A stretch of DNA of 64,000 nucleotides from positions 15,872,001 through 15,936,000 of the forward strand of contig OZ024742.1 of the NCBI GenBank assembly GCA_964016885.1, given 5' to 3'. This DNA is from Eledone cirrhosa (lineage: Eukaryota). Below the pieces are notes generated by a model, which was not told where the DNA came from, ran no database searches, and worked only from the letters and a program-made list of their open reading frames with translations. Shown piece by piece: positions 13,501 to 26,495 of the stretch. Both the position numbers and the translations under genes were made by a program. Each line of letters opens with the position of its first letter. Positions within the stretch are counted from its first letter, which is position 1.

Positions 13501-15680
13501 CATTCATATATTCGTATCATCGCCCATAATCCAATCTTTTGCTCTCTCTCAATGCTATTCTATAATTCTGTCTGCTTGTTTCTAAATAATCTTCTTGTAT
13601 TTTAAACCCCATTATTCGCTTATTATTACTGCTATATGCTTGTCTAATTATGCCCAAAATTTGAAGATTTGATTTACACCCTCTCGTAAATTGCCCCATT
13701 TGTTTTTCTAAAATAACAATCTTGTTCGTTTAATTTTGGCCGAAAAATTCTAGGATTTATAAAATGACCTCCTTGTCCCTCTTAATCTTTACCCCCCCCC
13801 ACTGTATCGTATTACGCACCTGTTAGTTAACCCTTTCAATCACTCCCTTCTCTCACCAAATATAAATAAACCTGTTACGAGGTACGAATCTCAGAATTTG
13901 TCAACGTTTATTAATGGTCAGACCTCGTTGTCCACTGCGAAGTGTAATGTAAATGCCATTTTTCTTGTCTCTCTCCAGCCTATCAGTCCATTCATTCATA
14001 TATTCGTATCATCGCCCAGAATCCAATCTTTTGCTCTCTCTCAATGCTATTCTATAATTCTGTCTGGTTGCTTTCTAAATAATCTTCTTGTATTTTAAAA
14101 CCCCATTACTCGCTTATTATTACTGTTATATGCTTGTCCAATTATGGCCAAAATTCGAAGATTTCATTTAAACCCTCTCGTAAATTGCCCAATTTGTTTC
14201 TCTAAAATAACAATCTTGTTCGTTTAATTTTGGCCGAAAAATTCTAGGATTTATAATATTACCTCCTTGTCCCTCTTAATCTTTACCCCCCCCCCCCACT
14301 GTATCGTATTATGCCCCGGCTAGTTAAGTGTTTCAATCACTCCCTTCTCGCACCAAATATAAATAAACCTGTTACGAGGTACGAATCTCAGAATTTGTCA
14401 ACTCTTATTAATGGTCAGACCTCGTCGTTCCCAGCGAAGTGTAATGTAAATGTAATTTTTCTTATCTCTCTCCAGCCTATCGGTCCATTCATTCATATAT
14501 TCGTATCATCGCCCAGAATCCAATCTTTTACTCTCTCTCAATGCTATTCTATAATTCTGTCTGCTTGTTTCTAAATAATCTTCTTGTATTTTAAAACCCC
14601 ATTACTCGCTTATTATTACTGTTATATGCTTGTCCAATTATGCCCAAAATTCGACGATTTGAATTAAACCCTCTCGTAAAATGGTCCATTTGTTTTTCTA
14701 AAATAACAATCTTGTTCGTTTAATTTTGGCCGAAAAATTCTAGGATTTATAAAATGACCTCCTTGTCCCTCTTAATCTTTACCCCCCCCCACTGTATCGT
14801 ATTACGCACCTGTTAGTTAACCCTTTCAATCACTCCCTTCTCTCACCAAATATAAATAAACCTGTTACGAGGTACGAATCTCAGAATTTGTCACTCTTAT
14901 TAATGGTCAGACCTCGTCGTTCCCAGCGAAGTGTAATGTAAATGTAATTTTTCTTATCTCTCTCCAGCCTATCGGTCCATTCATTCATATATTCGTATCA
15001 TCGCCCAGAATCCAATCTTTTACTCTCTCTCAATGCTATTCTATAATTCTGTCTGCTTGTTTCTAAATAATCTTCTTGTATTTTAAAACCCCATTACTCG
15101 CTTATTATTACTGTTATATGCTTGTCCAATTATGCCCAAAATTCGACGATTTGAATTAAACCCTCTCGTAAAATGGTCCATTTGTTTTTCTAAAATAACA
15201 ATCTTGTTTGTTTAACTTTGGCCGAAAAATTCTAGGATTTATAAAATGACCTCCTTGTCCCTCTTAATCTTTACCCCCCCCCCCCCCCACTGTATCGTAT
15301 TACGCGGCGGCTAGTTAACCCGTATAATCACTCCCTTCTCTCACCAAATATAAATAAACCAGTTACGAGGTACGAATCTCAGAATTTGTCAACGTTTATT
15401 AATTGTCAGACCTCGTCTTCCCCTGCGAGGTGTAATGTAAATGCCATTTTACTTATCTCTCTCCAGCCTATCGGTCCATTCATTCATATATTCGTATCAT
15501 CGCCCAGAATCCAATCTTTTGCTCTCTCTCAATGCTATTCTATAATTCTGTCTGGTTGTTTCTAAATAATCTTCTTGTATTTTAAACCCCATTATTCGCT
15601 TATATGTTATACTGTTTTGTGCTTGTCCAATTATGCCCAAAATTTGAAGACTTCATTTAAACCCTCTCGCTAACTACCCC
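10574..15680. repeat. Satellite array, ~492-499-bp unit, ~10.3 copies
   Basis: The anchor TTT(G/A)CTCTCTCT recurs at ~10578, 11072, 11566, 12058, 12552, 13044, 13538, 14030, 14527, 15019 and 15518; the ORF track shows near-identical repeated peptides. Confidence 0.97.
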
Positions 15681-15974
15681 ATACCCTTCCCACTCTCCAC
15701 CATTATTATTAGGACCAATCATAAGTCAGCGGCCTATGCTATCACTTCTGGTTTCTTGCCGATATGATGGATGGACTATGGATTTCTGGAGTCTGAAAAA
15801 AAATCTGAACACTGTGACATTGCCAAAGATATAGACAAATTCACCACATGCTGCCGGACGAAAAGATAAGGACTCCTCCTCTTTGTTTCGGCCGTCCTTT
15901 CGTGTGTCCTTAATGATGATGGTGTACTTGCCCCTCCCCTCTCCCCCCGCGCCCCACCCTTCCCCCCCACCAAA

Positions 15975-18902
15975 CGCAATCCAAAACTTCAGAGTTGGTA
16001 CCATGAATGTAGGCACCTTAAAAGTCGCTCTAACGAGGTTGTAGAAATGCTTGAACGTAATGAGGTTGATGTTTGCTCTATCCAAGAGACCAGGTGGAGG
16101 AGTGGGTCTGCTAGATTCATTGTGGGTAAAAAACGATGCTATAAGCTTTTCTGGGTGGGAAATGAAAATGGGCTGGGTGGGGTAGGAATCATGTTAGCAG
16201 AAAAATGGGTAGATAAGATAAGAGACGTAAATAGAGTGAACGACAGATAATTAAAATAAGACTTGTCCTAAATAGAACTACTGTGACAGTAATATCTGCG
16301 TATGCACCCCAATCCGGACTGCCCGGCGCTATAAAAGACAGATTCTATGAGACATTGATGCTCACTACCTCCCAAATAACCGGCAGTGACTACATAATTA
16401 TTGCTGGCGACCTAAATGGTCACGTTGGACAACATTGTGATGGCTATGACGGAATCCATGGAGGCTATGGGTTTGGTATTAGAAATGAGGAAGGCTCCAG
16501 AATCCTGGAATTCTGCGACGCAAATAACCTAACTAACTGTAACACTAACTTCAAAAAACGAGACAATCACTTGATCACCTATAGATCAGGGGAACACGCC
16601 AGTCAGATAGATTATATCCTTACCAGAATACGTGATAGTGTCTGTTGTAAACACTAAATCCCTCCCCCATGAAGAATGCACCTCCCAACATAGACTCATA
16701 GTCAGCGACCTCATAGTCACGACAAGACGTACTCGACAACAGAGGAGGACTATGCTCAGGAGAAAAATATGGATGCTAAAGGACCCCACAGCCAGTAATA
16801 AATTTAAAAGCATATTACTTGATGCTTTCGACAGTAAGGAAGAGCAATTAGAGTCGTACAATATAGAGGAACAGTGGGAATTCCTGAAAGCTAACCTGCT
16901 GAAGGCGGCAGATGAAGTCTGTGGCTTGAGCAGGCCTATAGGCAGGAGGAGAGTAACGTGGTGGTGGAACAGTAAGGGGGAGGAGTCAATTAAGGCCAAA
17001 AAGCAGGCTTAGAAAGGGATGGGGTAAGTAGAAAAGACTATCAAGTGGCCAGGAGGGAAGCTAGGAGACAAGTGTACTTCGCAAAAAGGGAAGCAGAGGA
17101 AAGAAAGTTCAAGCATGTTCTCCAACGCGAGGACCAAAAACGTGAGGTGTTCACGATTGCTAGGCAATGTGTCAAGGAAAACCGTGATATTGTCGGGGAG
17201 AAGTGTGTCCTTAATGATGATGGTGTACTTGCCATCACTGACGCTGATAAGAAGGTAGCTTGGAAGTGTCATTACGAAAGGCTACTAAATGAGGAGAATA
17301 AATGGATCCAATAGAGGGATCAGCAGTGCTAGTTGAAGGTAGTATAATAAGTAAGGCAATCAAAGATATGAAGACGGGTAAGGCGGCTGGGCCTTCGGAA
17401 ATAGTTGCTGAAATGCTGAAAGCATCTGGAACGGTGGGACACACTATGGTCACCTGGATAGTAAACCAAGTCATACAGAATGGGGCCGTTCCGAAGGACT
17501 GGCGTAGCAGCATCATCATTAACTGCTACAACGGTAAAGGAGATGCCCTAGATATGGGTAACTATAGAGGCATTAAATTAATCGACCAGGTCATGAAGGT
17601 CACAGAAAAAGTAATAGCGCAACTAATCAGAGAACGAATTGATCAAGATGAAATGCAGTTCGGGTTTGTGTCAGGTAAAAGTACCACAGACGCTCTTTTT
17701 ATTGTACGACAACTACAGGAGAAGTACCTAGCTAAAAGTAAACCCCTATACTTAGCTTTTGTTGACTCAGTGTGTAGGAAAGGAGTAGGCAGAAACTCCA
17801 TTTTATGTCCCAAATGCAAAGTATGGGTGCATAAAAGATGTAGTGGGATCACAGGTAAGCTAACTAAGAACACAGATTTTACATGTGGCCGGTGCTCTGG
17901 TGCAATAAGTAGCAGCAAGTGCCCACAGAATACTAGCTCATTACATTGCACAGATGGTTCTATAGAAATAGTGGACACCTTCCGTTACCTGGGTGACAAA
18001 ATCAGCAGTGGGGGAGGGTGCTCTGAAAGTACAGTAGCTAGAGTCAGAACGGGATGGAACAAGTTCAGAGAGTTTATACCACTATTGGCCGCTAAAGGGT
18101 TCTCTCTAAAAATGAAAGGCCTGCATACGAACAGCAATGTTACATGGCAGTGAGACCTGGGCATTGTGTGCAGAGGATATACGCAGACTGGAGAGAAACG
18201 AAGCTTGCATGCTCCGCTGGATGTGTAATAGTAATATACGTGAACGGCAAAGCATAAACGAACTAAGGGAGAAATTAGGAATAAGAGGGATCAGGTGTTG
18301 TTTACTCGAGAGAAGACTACGTTGGTACGGTCACGTGATGCGCATGAAAGACAACAGCTGTATAAAAAAGTGCAGGGCGATAAAAATAGCCGGTAGCCAC
18401 GGAGTAGGCAGACCCAGAAAAACCTGGGACGACTTGATAAATTCCGACCTCACACACTTACACCTCTCCAAGACAATGTCACTGGACCGAGATATTTGGC
18501 GCTACACAGTCATACAGAAGACCCGCCTTGCCCAAGTACAAAGCGAAACCTACAGTCAGTAGGCACCTCTAACGAAATACACCCCTTCCCACTACCCCCC
18601 CCCCCTGAAATGTGAAGTTATGTTGGTACCACAACATCTAGTCCGAAACAAATGAGGTCGTGTAGGTGTCACGACAAAAAAAAACACAGTTCACGCTGTA
18701 ATGTGGCCGTGTAGGTAACACTGTAAAAACCTCCCAGTCCACACTGTAAACGTGGTTGGTGTTAGAAAGGGCATCCAGCCGTAGAAAACCCGCCAGACAG
18801 TCCTATACGAGCAGGACAACAAATCTTACCTCAAGTGGGAAAACTCCCGTCCAAACCCATGCAAACGTGGAAGATGGACGTTAAACGATGATGATGATGA
18901 TG
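15975..18902 (+). mobile_element. RTE-clade LINE (APE endonuclease + RT + PHD-like finger), decayed, with internal deletion of the RT core
   Basis: IQETRW, SAYAPQ, AGDLNGHVG, QIDYIL, KAAGPS, NYRGIKL, MQFGF, GSETW and RRLRWYGHVMR motifs; (GAT)n tail at 18886-18902. YLAFVD is fused directly to SVCRKG. Confidence 0.93.
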
Positions 18903-19003
18903 TATTTTATCCGATGAAAGCGCACCATAATTTGCCTTGGTGGCCCTTGAAATATGTATAAAATAAATATGGTTTTATAAATATAGTTTCCATTTATTAA
19001 TAT

Positions 19004-19075
<72 letters not shown>

Positions 19076-19295
19076 AAAAAAAAATTATCAACAATTAAAT
19101 GTATTAAACTAAGATTTTATTGTTTTATATTTTCTATCTCGGCTCTGTAATACATTTGAAATTTTAGATTGAGCCTTTTCTCCTACCGGTAACTGGCTAG
19201 TAGTTAGTACTACCATCCATATTTATAATCATATATAAGTATAAATATTATTATTATTACTATGTATGTATGTATATATATGTATGTATGTATAG

Positions 19296-19360
<65 letters not shown>

Positions 19361-22300
19361 AATCATCATCACCGTTTTACGTCCGTTCTTCCACGTTAGC
19401 ATGGGTTAGACGGGTTGTCCTGTTGTGGGCAGTGTCTGGTCGGCTGACCATGCCTTGCTCATACAGGAACTGATTTGGCTTGATTTCTACAGCTGGATGC
19501 CCTTCCTAACACCAACCTCATTTACAGTGAGTGCTGGGTGCTTTTTCGTGGCGCCTACACGTCCACTTTACAGTGTGGGCTGGGTGCTTTTTTTCCGTGG
19601 CACCTCCACGACCACCTTGCAGTGGGAGGATGTGGGGGCATATTGTCTATATGCTTCAGCTTGTACCCATGGGAGGTCGGGTACTGTGTATTACTGCGTG
19701 ACGCCAGAGGTCACGGTCGTGTGTCATCGCCTTGGAGAGGTGTAATTGGGTAAGGTCGGCTTTTATCACCTCATCCCAAGTCATCTTGGGTCTCCCCACT
19801 CCGCGGTTTCCATCGACTTCTAGTGCTCTGCACCTTTTTATGCAGCTGTCATCCTTCATACGCATCACATGTCCATACCAACGCAACCGCCTCTCCTGCA
19901 CACAGCATTTGATTCCTCTTATGCTCAGTCTTTCTCTCAATTCATTTATGCTTTGTCGGTCGCGTATATTACTATTACACATCCATCGGAGCATGCAGGC
20001 TTCGTTTCTCTCTAATCTACGTAAGTCTTCCACCTTCAGCGCCCAAGTCTAACTACCATGCAACATCGCTGTTCGGATACACGCATCATACAGTCTGCTT
20101 TTCATTTTGAGGGAGAAGCCTTTTGCAGCTAGCAGTGGCAGTAGTTCCCTGAACTTCTTCCATCGCGTTCTTACCCTAGTTATTGTACTTACTGAACACC
20201 CACCTCCGCTGCTAATTCGGTCACCTAGGTAGCAGAAGCTGTCTACTGTCTCTACAGAGCCTTCCCAGAGATTGGTGGTACATGTTTCCTGTGGCTGTTT
20301 GCTGCTTGCTGTTCCAGTACAGCTGCTGCATGTGAAGCCTACATTCTTAATTAAGCTTCCTGAGATCCCGCTACATCTCTTGTGTACCCATTGTTTGAGA
20401 ATGGAGTTCCTACCTACACCTTTCCTACATACTGAGCAAGGCCATTTCCCTGAGGGGATCTGGGTTCTGTTTTCTCGTCTATTTACTAGGACCTTAGTCT
20501 TTGTCATGTTGACTTTGAGACCCTTTCTTTCTAGTCCCTGCTTCCAAGTTGGGAATTTCTTCTCTAGTTCTACCATAGATTCAGCTATAAGTGCGAGGTC
20601 ATCAGCATACAGGAGTTCCCATGGGCATCCGGTCTTAAACTCCTCCGTTATTGCCTGCAGGACTATGATGAACAGGAGAGGGCTAAGAACAGAGCCCTGG
20701 TGGACACCAACCTGTACGCTAAATTCCTCGCTATACTCATTGTTAATCCTAACTTTGCTGACTGCTCCCCTATACATGGCTTGTACAGCTTTCACAAGCC
20801 ATTCATCTACTCCTAGTTTTCTAAGAGCCCACCAGATTACAGCACGTGGAACTCTGTTAAAGGCTTTCTCGAGATCGACGAATGCCAGGTAGAGTGGCTT
20901 ACTTTTAGCTAGGTACTTTTCCAAAAACTGCCCCACAAGGAAGAGGGCATCAGTGGTGCCTCTTCCTGGTACAAACCCAAATTGCATCTCATCTAGTTTC
21001 ACCCGGTCCCTAATCAACTGTGTATAACTCTTTCTGTTACTTTCATGACCTGGTCCATCAGCTTTATACCTTTATAGTTTCCTCTATCGAGTGCATAACC
21101 TTTACCTTTGTAGCAGTTGACAATGATGCTACTGCACCAATCTTTTGGTATGACACCTTCTAGTATTACCTGGTTAACAATACGTGTGGCTATAGTGTGA
21201 CCTACAGACCCAGATGCCTTCAGCATCTCGGCAGCTATACCCGATGGACCGGTTGCCTCCCCCATCTTCATATCTTTGATTGCCTTACCTACTACGCTGC
21301 TGCTGACTTGTACTGCTGGCCCCTCTATAGGGTCTACTTGGGGTAGGGTCTCTTCTTCCCATGCATTTTCCTCATTTAGTAATCTATCATAATGACATTT
21401 CCATGCATCTTTCTTCTCAGCACTTGTGAGGGCAAGCTCACCTTTATCATTCCGGATACACTTCTCTCCAATGACATCACAATTCTCTCTGACACACTGC
21501 CTCTCAATCTTGAACACTTCCTGTTTCTGGTCCTCTCGTTGCAAAACATGCTTGAATTTTCTATCCTCTGCTTCCCTCCTAGCTAAGTATACTTGTCGCC
21601 TAGCTTCCCTCTTGGTCTCTATGTAATGTACCCTGCTCCCCACGTTCTTCCATTCTTTCCATGCCTGTCTCTTGGCCTTAACTGCCTCATCTACCTTATT
21701 GTTCCACCACCAAGCCACTCTCCTCCTGTTTGTGGTCTTACTCCAGCCACAGACCTCATCCGTCGCCTCTAGTAAGTTATTTTTTAGGAACTCCCAGTGC
21801 TCTTCTACATTGAATGTCTATATCTGTTCTTCTCTACTGTCGTAGGCGTTGTGTAAAATATCTTTAAATCTGTTACTGGCTGAGGGGTCTTTCAGCTTCC
21901 AGATCTTTCTTCTCCAGGTTGGCCTCTGTTTCCAGGATCGTCTAGTTCTGACCGTGAGGTCGCTGACAACTAAGTTATGTTGGGAGGTACATTCCTCACT
22001 GGGGAAGGCTTTTGTGTTTACGACCGTCCATCTGTCACGTCCTCTGATGAGGATAAAATCTATCTGACTAGAATGCTCCCCTGATCTATAGGTGATTAGG
22101 TGGTTGTCGGGTTTTTTGAAGTTTGTGTTACATATCGACTTGTCATTGGCGTCGCAGAATTCTAGAAGTCTGAATCCTTCTTCATATCTTGTGCCAACCC
22201 CATGGCCTCCATGGACTCTATTGTAGCCGTCACAGTGTTTACCTACGTGTTCGTTAAAATCTCCTGCGATGATTAGGAAGCCATTGTCGTTTGTTAGAGC

Positions 22301-22900
22301 TGTAGTGTGCATTAGGGACTCGTAAAACCTATCCTTAAGTTCGTCTGGCAACCCCTATTGGGGTGTGTAAGCTGATATTATTGTGGTAATTGTTTTATTC
22401 AGGACTAGTCTGAGTTTAATGATTCTTGCATTTACCCTGTACACTGAGATTACTTTATCTACCCACTTGTCAGCTAGTAGTATACCTACACCACCCATCC
22501 CATCGTCATTTCCCACCCAGAAAAATTTGTAGCACTGACTTTTTCCTACAAGGACTCTAGCAGAGTCTCCTCTCCATCTAGTCTCTTGCACACAGCATAC
22601 ATCAATTTCCTTTCGCTCTAGCATTTCTACGATTTCTCCTGCTCTTCCTTTCATTGTGCTTACATTGATGGTACCAACTCGGAGTTTTGGGCATTTGTCG
22701 ACACTCGTAGGGAAGGGTCGATTTTTGCAAGGGTGTGTGTGTGCTTCCTCTCTCTGGATTGGGGCTTCACATGGGTGTTTGGTAGCTCGCAGATTCATAT
22801 TCATTTCATCTATTAATTCAGAGTTGCTCCAATTTATTCTCAGCTCATCCATACATAACAGTAGGAAAATTCAGGGCTAGAAGAACAGTGGTGGTGGTAA
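19361..22900 (-). mobile_element. RTE-clade LINE, near full-length, decayed
   Basis: ORF pieces from 22852 to 19656 with VQETRW, AGDFNEHVG, QIDFIL, DLEKAF, VHQGSVLSPLLF, LLYADDL and RRLRWYGHV; (GAT)n-type tail at 19361-19372; several stops and a frameshift. Confidence 0.94.
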
Positions 22901-23332
22901 TAATGGCAGGGTGTGTTGGGCTGGGACGGGGGAGGAGAGAGTTAGGTAGTAGTAGTAGAAGCATGCTGAGGTTTGATTGGTCGAATAGGCTATGGTGGTG
23001 TGAGGGAAATTGTGAGGTAGGCAGTGAGGGTCGCCGTCAAGGCTAACAAACTAACCGATAGAATACAACAAGGCAAAGTAGCCGATAGAATACAGCAACA
23101 ATAATAGCCAGTCATGGCCTGTAGCCTTTGATGGAAAATTAGTCAGATTGAGAGTCAGCATGGTAGGGGAAAATGAGGATAACAAAATAAATGTGTTGTG
23201 GTAGCTGAAATACCTGACATGATTTGTATGGATGGATGGCTGGAACGTAGCTAAATCAACTCTACTGATTCATTTTAGCCTTTCAGGGTAGAGTGTGTCT
23301 TATCTCTTCAATAAATTCAAGATGAGTGTATA

Positions 23333-23604
23333 TATAATAATAAAGAAGACAGACGGTATCACTTGTTCATCCCTATTTATTTTATTATACTTATTTCGAA
23401 GACATATGTCATTTGTATAATATCTGCCCTACGTGTTTTCTTCCGACAAAAATCCATGCAAGATGTAAATATCCGTTGATATGAGATATTCGTTGATATC
23501 CGTTGATATGAGAACACGTAGGGCAGTTGTTATACAAATGAAATACGCATAATAAAATAAATAGGGATGGGCAAATGATACCGTCTTTCTTGTTTATTAT
23601 TATA
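23333..23604. mobile_element. Foldback/MITE with ~100-bp imperfect inverted arms
   Basis: GACGGTATCA..CATCCCTATTTATTTTATTAT..CATTTGTATAA..CTGCCCTACGTGTT is mirrored at 23510-23604. Confidence 0.75.
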
Positions 23605-23605
23605 A

Positions 23606-23715
23606 CCCGCCGAGGTTAACTTTGCCTTTCATTCTTATGGGGTCGATAAAATAAAGTACCAGTAATACACTGGGTAATTGCTGGCCTTGTGCCAAAGTAG
23701 AAACAATTATTATAA
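23606..23715 (+). mobile_element. SINE 3' fragment with (ATT)n tail
   Basis: CGCCGAGGTTAACTTTGCCTTTCAT..GGGGTCGATAAAATAAAGTACCAG..GGCCTTGTGCC..ATTATTAT. Confidence 0.75.
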
Positions 23716-24084
23716 TAAAACTCCGGATAAACATAAACTGTTGAGTGTTTGTCATCTCTTATGAAAGAGTCGGCAGATTTTCAATCAACAAACTTTCCTT
23801 AGTTGAATAAATATATGTATGTATATATATACGTATATTTTCATTAATATTGCAACATTAAAGGAACATATCCTTCTGAAAGAATCGCGGCAATTTATAA
23901 TATTATTTAAGCATTGGTAATGTTATTTATGTATATATTTAAAACATATTTGCTATGTTATTCTACTGTAAATTTATTTATATGCTTTGTATATATTATA
24001 TATACACAAATAATGAATCTGTATATTAAAACATCGTTTGTATTTTTCAATCAGTTTATTGAACAATTAGAATGCTCCTCAAGT

Positions 24085-24087
<3 letters not shown>

Positions 24088-24153
<66 letters not shown>

Positions 24154-24586
24154 GTGTATATATGTATGTATGTATGTGTATATATGTATGTATGTATGTA
24201 TGTGTATATATGTATGTATGTATGTGTATATATGTATGTATGTATGTATGTGTATATATGTATGTATGTATGTGTATATATGTATGTATGTATGTGTATA
24301 TATGTATGTATGTATGTGTATATATGTATGTATGTATGTGTATATATATATGTATATACGTGTATATATATATATATGTGTGGGCATGTATGTATGAATC
24401 TCTATATATATGTATGTATATCTATATATATATGTGTGTACGTATATATATGTGTGTGTATGCATATGTGTGGATGCATATATGTGTGTGTATGCATATA
24501 TGTGTGTATGCATGTGTGTGTATGTATATATATATATGTGTGTGGTTATGCATGTGTGTGTGTGTGTATGTATATATATGTGTATG

Positions 24587-24619
<33 letters not shown>

Positions 24620-25059
24620 ATGTATGTATGAATCTATATATATGTATGTATATATATATATATATGTGTATGTATGAATCTATATGTGTGTATGTATGAA
24701 TCTATATGTGTGTATGTATGAATCTATATGTGTGTATGTATGAATCTATATATGTATGTATGAATCTATATATGTATATATATCTATATATATGTATGTA
24801 TATCTATATATATGTATGTATATGTGTGTCTGTATGTATATGTGTGTCTGTATGTATATGTGTGTATGCATATATGTGCGTGTATGCATATGTGTGTGTG
24901 TATGTATATATATGTGTGTGTATGTATATATATGTGTGTATGTATATATAAGTATATATGTATATATAAGTATATATATATATGAAGATAAATTAACGGA
25001 GCCATAGTCGCGTTATTCCCTGTAAATTATGTGCTCAAAGGGAAAGGAATCCTATACAT

Positions 25060-25105
<46 letters not shown>

Positions 25106-25188
25106 TGTATATATATATGTGTATATATATATATATATGCATGTGTATTTGTATATATGTATATGTGTGTATGTATGTGTATATATGA

Positions 25189-25230
<42 letters not shown>

Positions 25231-25235
25231 ATATA
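24088..25235. repeat. Compound (TA)/(TG)/(TATG) microsatellite
   Basis: Read directly. The Y/I/C/V/M-rich ORFs are repeat translations. Confidence 0.95.
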
Positions 25236-25305
25236 TAGATGTAATCTGAATTTTATAGATGTAATCTGAATAGTATGGTAGAATATTAAGTGTTAAATGT
25301 TAATT

Positions 25306-25343
25306 GAACAAGTACTTTCATGCTTTCGCAATCTTCAGGTTTA
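25306..25343 (-). ncRNA. Minimal type I hammerhead ribozyme (pLTR copy 1)
   Basis: Minus strand reads AAAC CUGAAGA UUGC-GAAA-GCAU GAAA GUACUU GUU, with a palindromic AAGUACUU in place of stem III. Confidence 0.55.
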
Positions 25344-25633
25344 TATTCTGTGGTGACAGTCAAGTTTACAATTTTCAACTGTAATGAGATGGGTAAATTG
25401 TGTGCCTTATATACAGTGAAAAGCGGCTACAGAATGCTACATTTTGCAAACTGTATTTCGACCAATTGGTGTCTAGTTTCACTGGATTACTGAAGCTGAT
25501 TGGTTTAGGCGTCATGGTTGATTGAGCATGTCTAACGACTTCTATTTGGCTCTATCCAAAGCATCAATTGTTTTGATATTTTTAGAAATGATGTAAATAG
25601 CATTTTCCAGGGTTTTTATACCCCTAAGAATTA

Positions 25634-25924
25634 TTATTGTTCATTTAGCTTGGGTTGGAATTTATCAATAAAATTCTTTTCTTTGATTTTTCTCTTGATT
25701 TCACTTGGCCTGTGTACTTTGTAGAATGGAAATAATATAAATATTTTCTGACCACATGTTGCTAGATGGTTACTCAGGAGTATCTGACGGACATTTGGGT
25801 ATCTGATTTGCTGTCGGTGCACCCGTGCACGTTCCGATAGTGCATTTCCAGTTTGACCGACATATAGTTCTTCACAATTCGGGCATTTAATGCAGTAAAT
25901 TAGATTTCTGCTTTTGCACTTCAT
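25634..25924 (-). pseudogene. GIY-YIG endonuclease C-terminus of a Penelope-like element (Neptune-like CCHH type)
   Basis: CKSRNLIYCIKCPNCEELYVGQTG..RARVH..SNHL..KEKNFIDKFQPKLN. Confidence 0.85.
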
Positions 25925-26265
25925 ATTTGCATTTGGGAATATTTTTCAAAATTCCAACCCAAGCTAAATGAACAATAATAATTCTTAGGGGTATAAAAAC
26001 CCTAGAAAATGCTATTTTCATCATTTCTAAAAATAGCAAAACAATTGATGCTTTGAATAGGGCCAAATAGAAGTCGTTAGACATGCCCAACCAATCGTGA
26101 TGCCTAAACCAATCAGCTTCAGTAATCCAGTGAAACTACACCGATTGGTCGAAATACAGTTTGCAAAATATAGCATTCTGTAGCCGCTTTTCACTGTATA
26201 TAAGGCACAAAATTTACCCATCTCATTACAGTTGAAAATTATAAACTTGACTGTCACCACAGAAT

Positions 26266-26304
26266 TTGACCTGAAGATTGCGAATGCATGAAATTACTTG
26301 TTCA
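26266..26304 (+). ncRNA. Minimal type I hammerhead ribozyme (pLTR copy 2, more degenerate)
   Basis: GAC CUGAAGA UUGC-GAAU-GCAU GAAA UUACUU GUUC. Confidence 0.45.
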
Positions 26305-26463
26305 ATTAACACTTAACACTTAATATTCTACCATACTATTTCATTCTAATACCATTATAATTTTAAAGGATTGTAAATAAAACGAGTAAATCAGACAAAG
26401 TTGGAATTCCTTTTATTAATATAATCTTCTATACACAATCATACACACCCGGGTATATTTCTT

Positions 26464-26495
<32 letters not shown>

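Larger units (their letters stand above)
25270..26341 (-). mobile_element. Penelope-like element, 5'-truncated, with inverted pseudo-LTR
   Basis: Inverted arms at ~25270-25663 and ~25949-26341 surround a GIY-YIG coding segment; each arm has a hammerhead-like motif. Confidence 0.88.

Noticed and set aside
11338-14574. Repeated 87-91-aa ORFs as a tandem gene family
   Set aside because: They come from the satellite unit; start codons are not conserved between units and no domain is recognisable.
10574-15680. CRISPR array or ribozyme-containing satellite
   Set aside because: There are no unique spacers or cas genes, the context is eukaryotic, and no CUGANGA core was found on either strand.
23914-25249. 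Long Y/I/C/V/M-rich ORFs (also at 47342-49270 and 52172-55501)
   Set aside because: These are translations of TA/TG microsatellites, which contain few stop codons.
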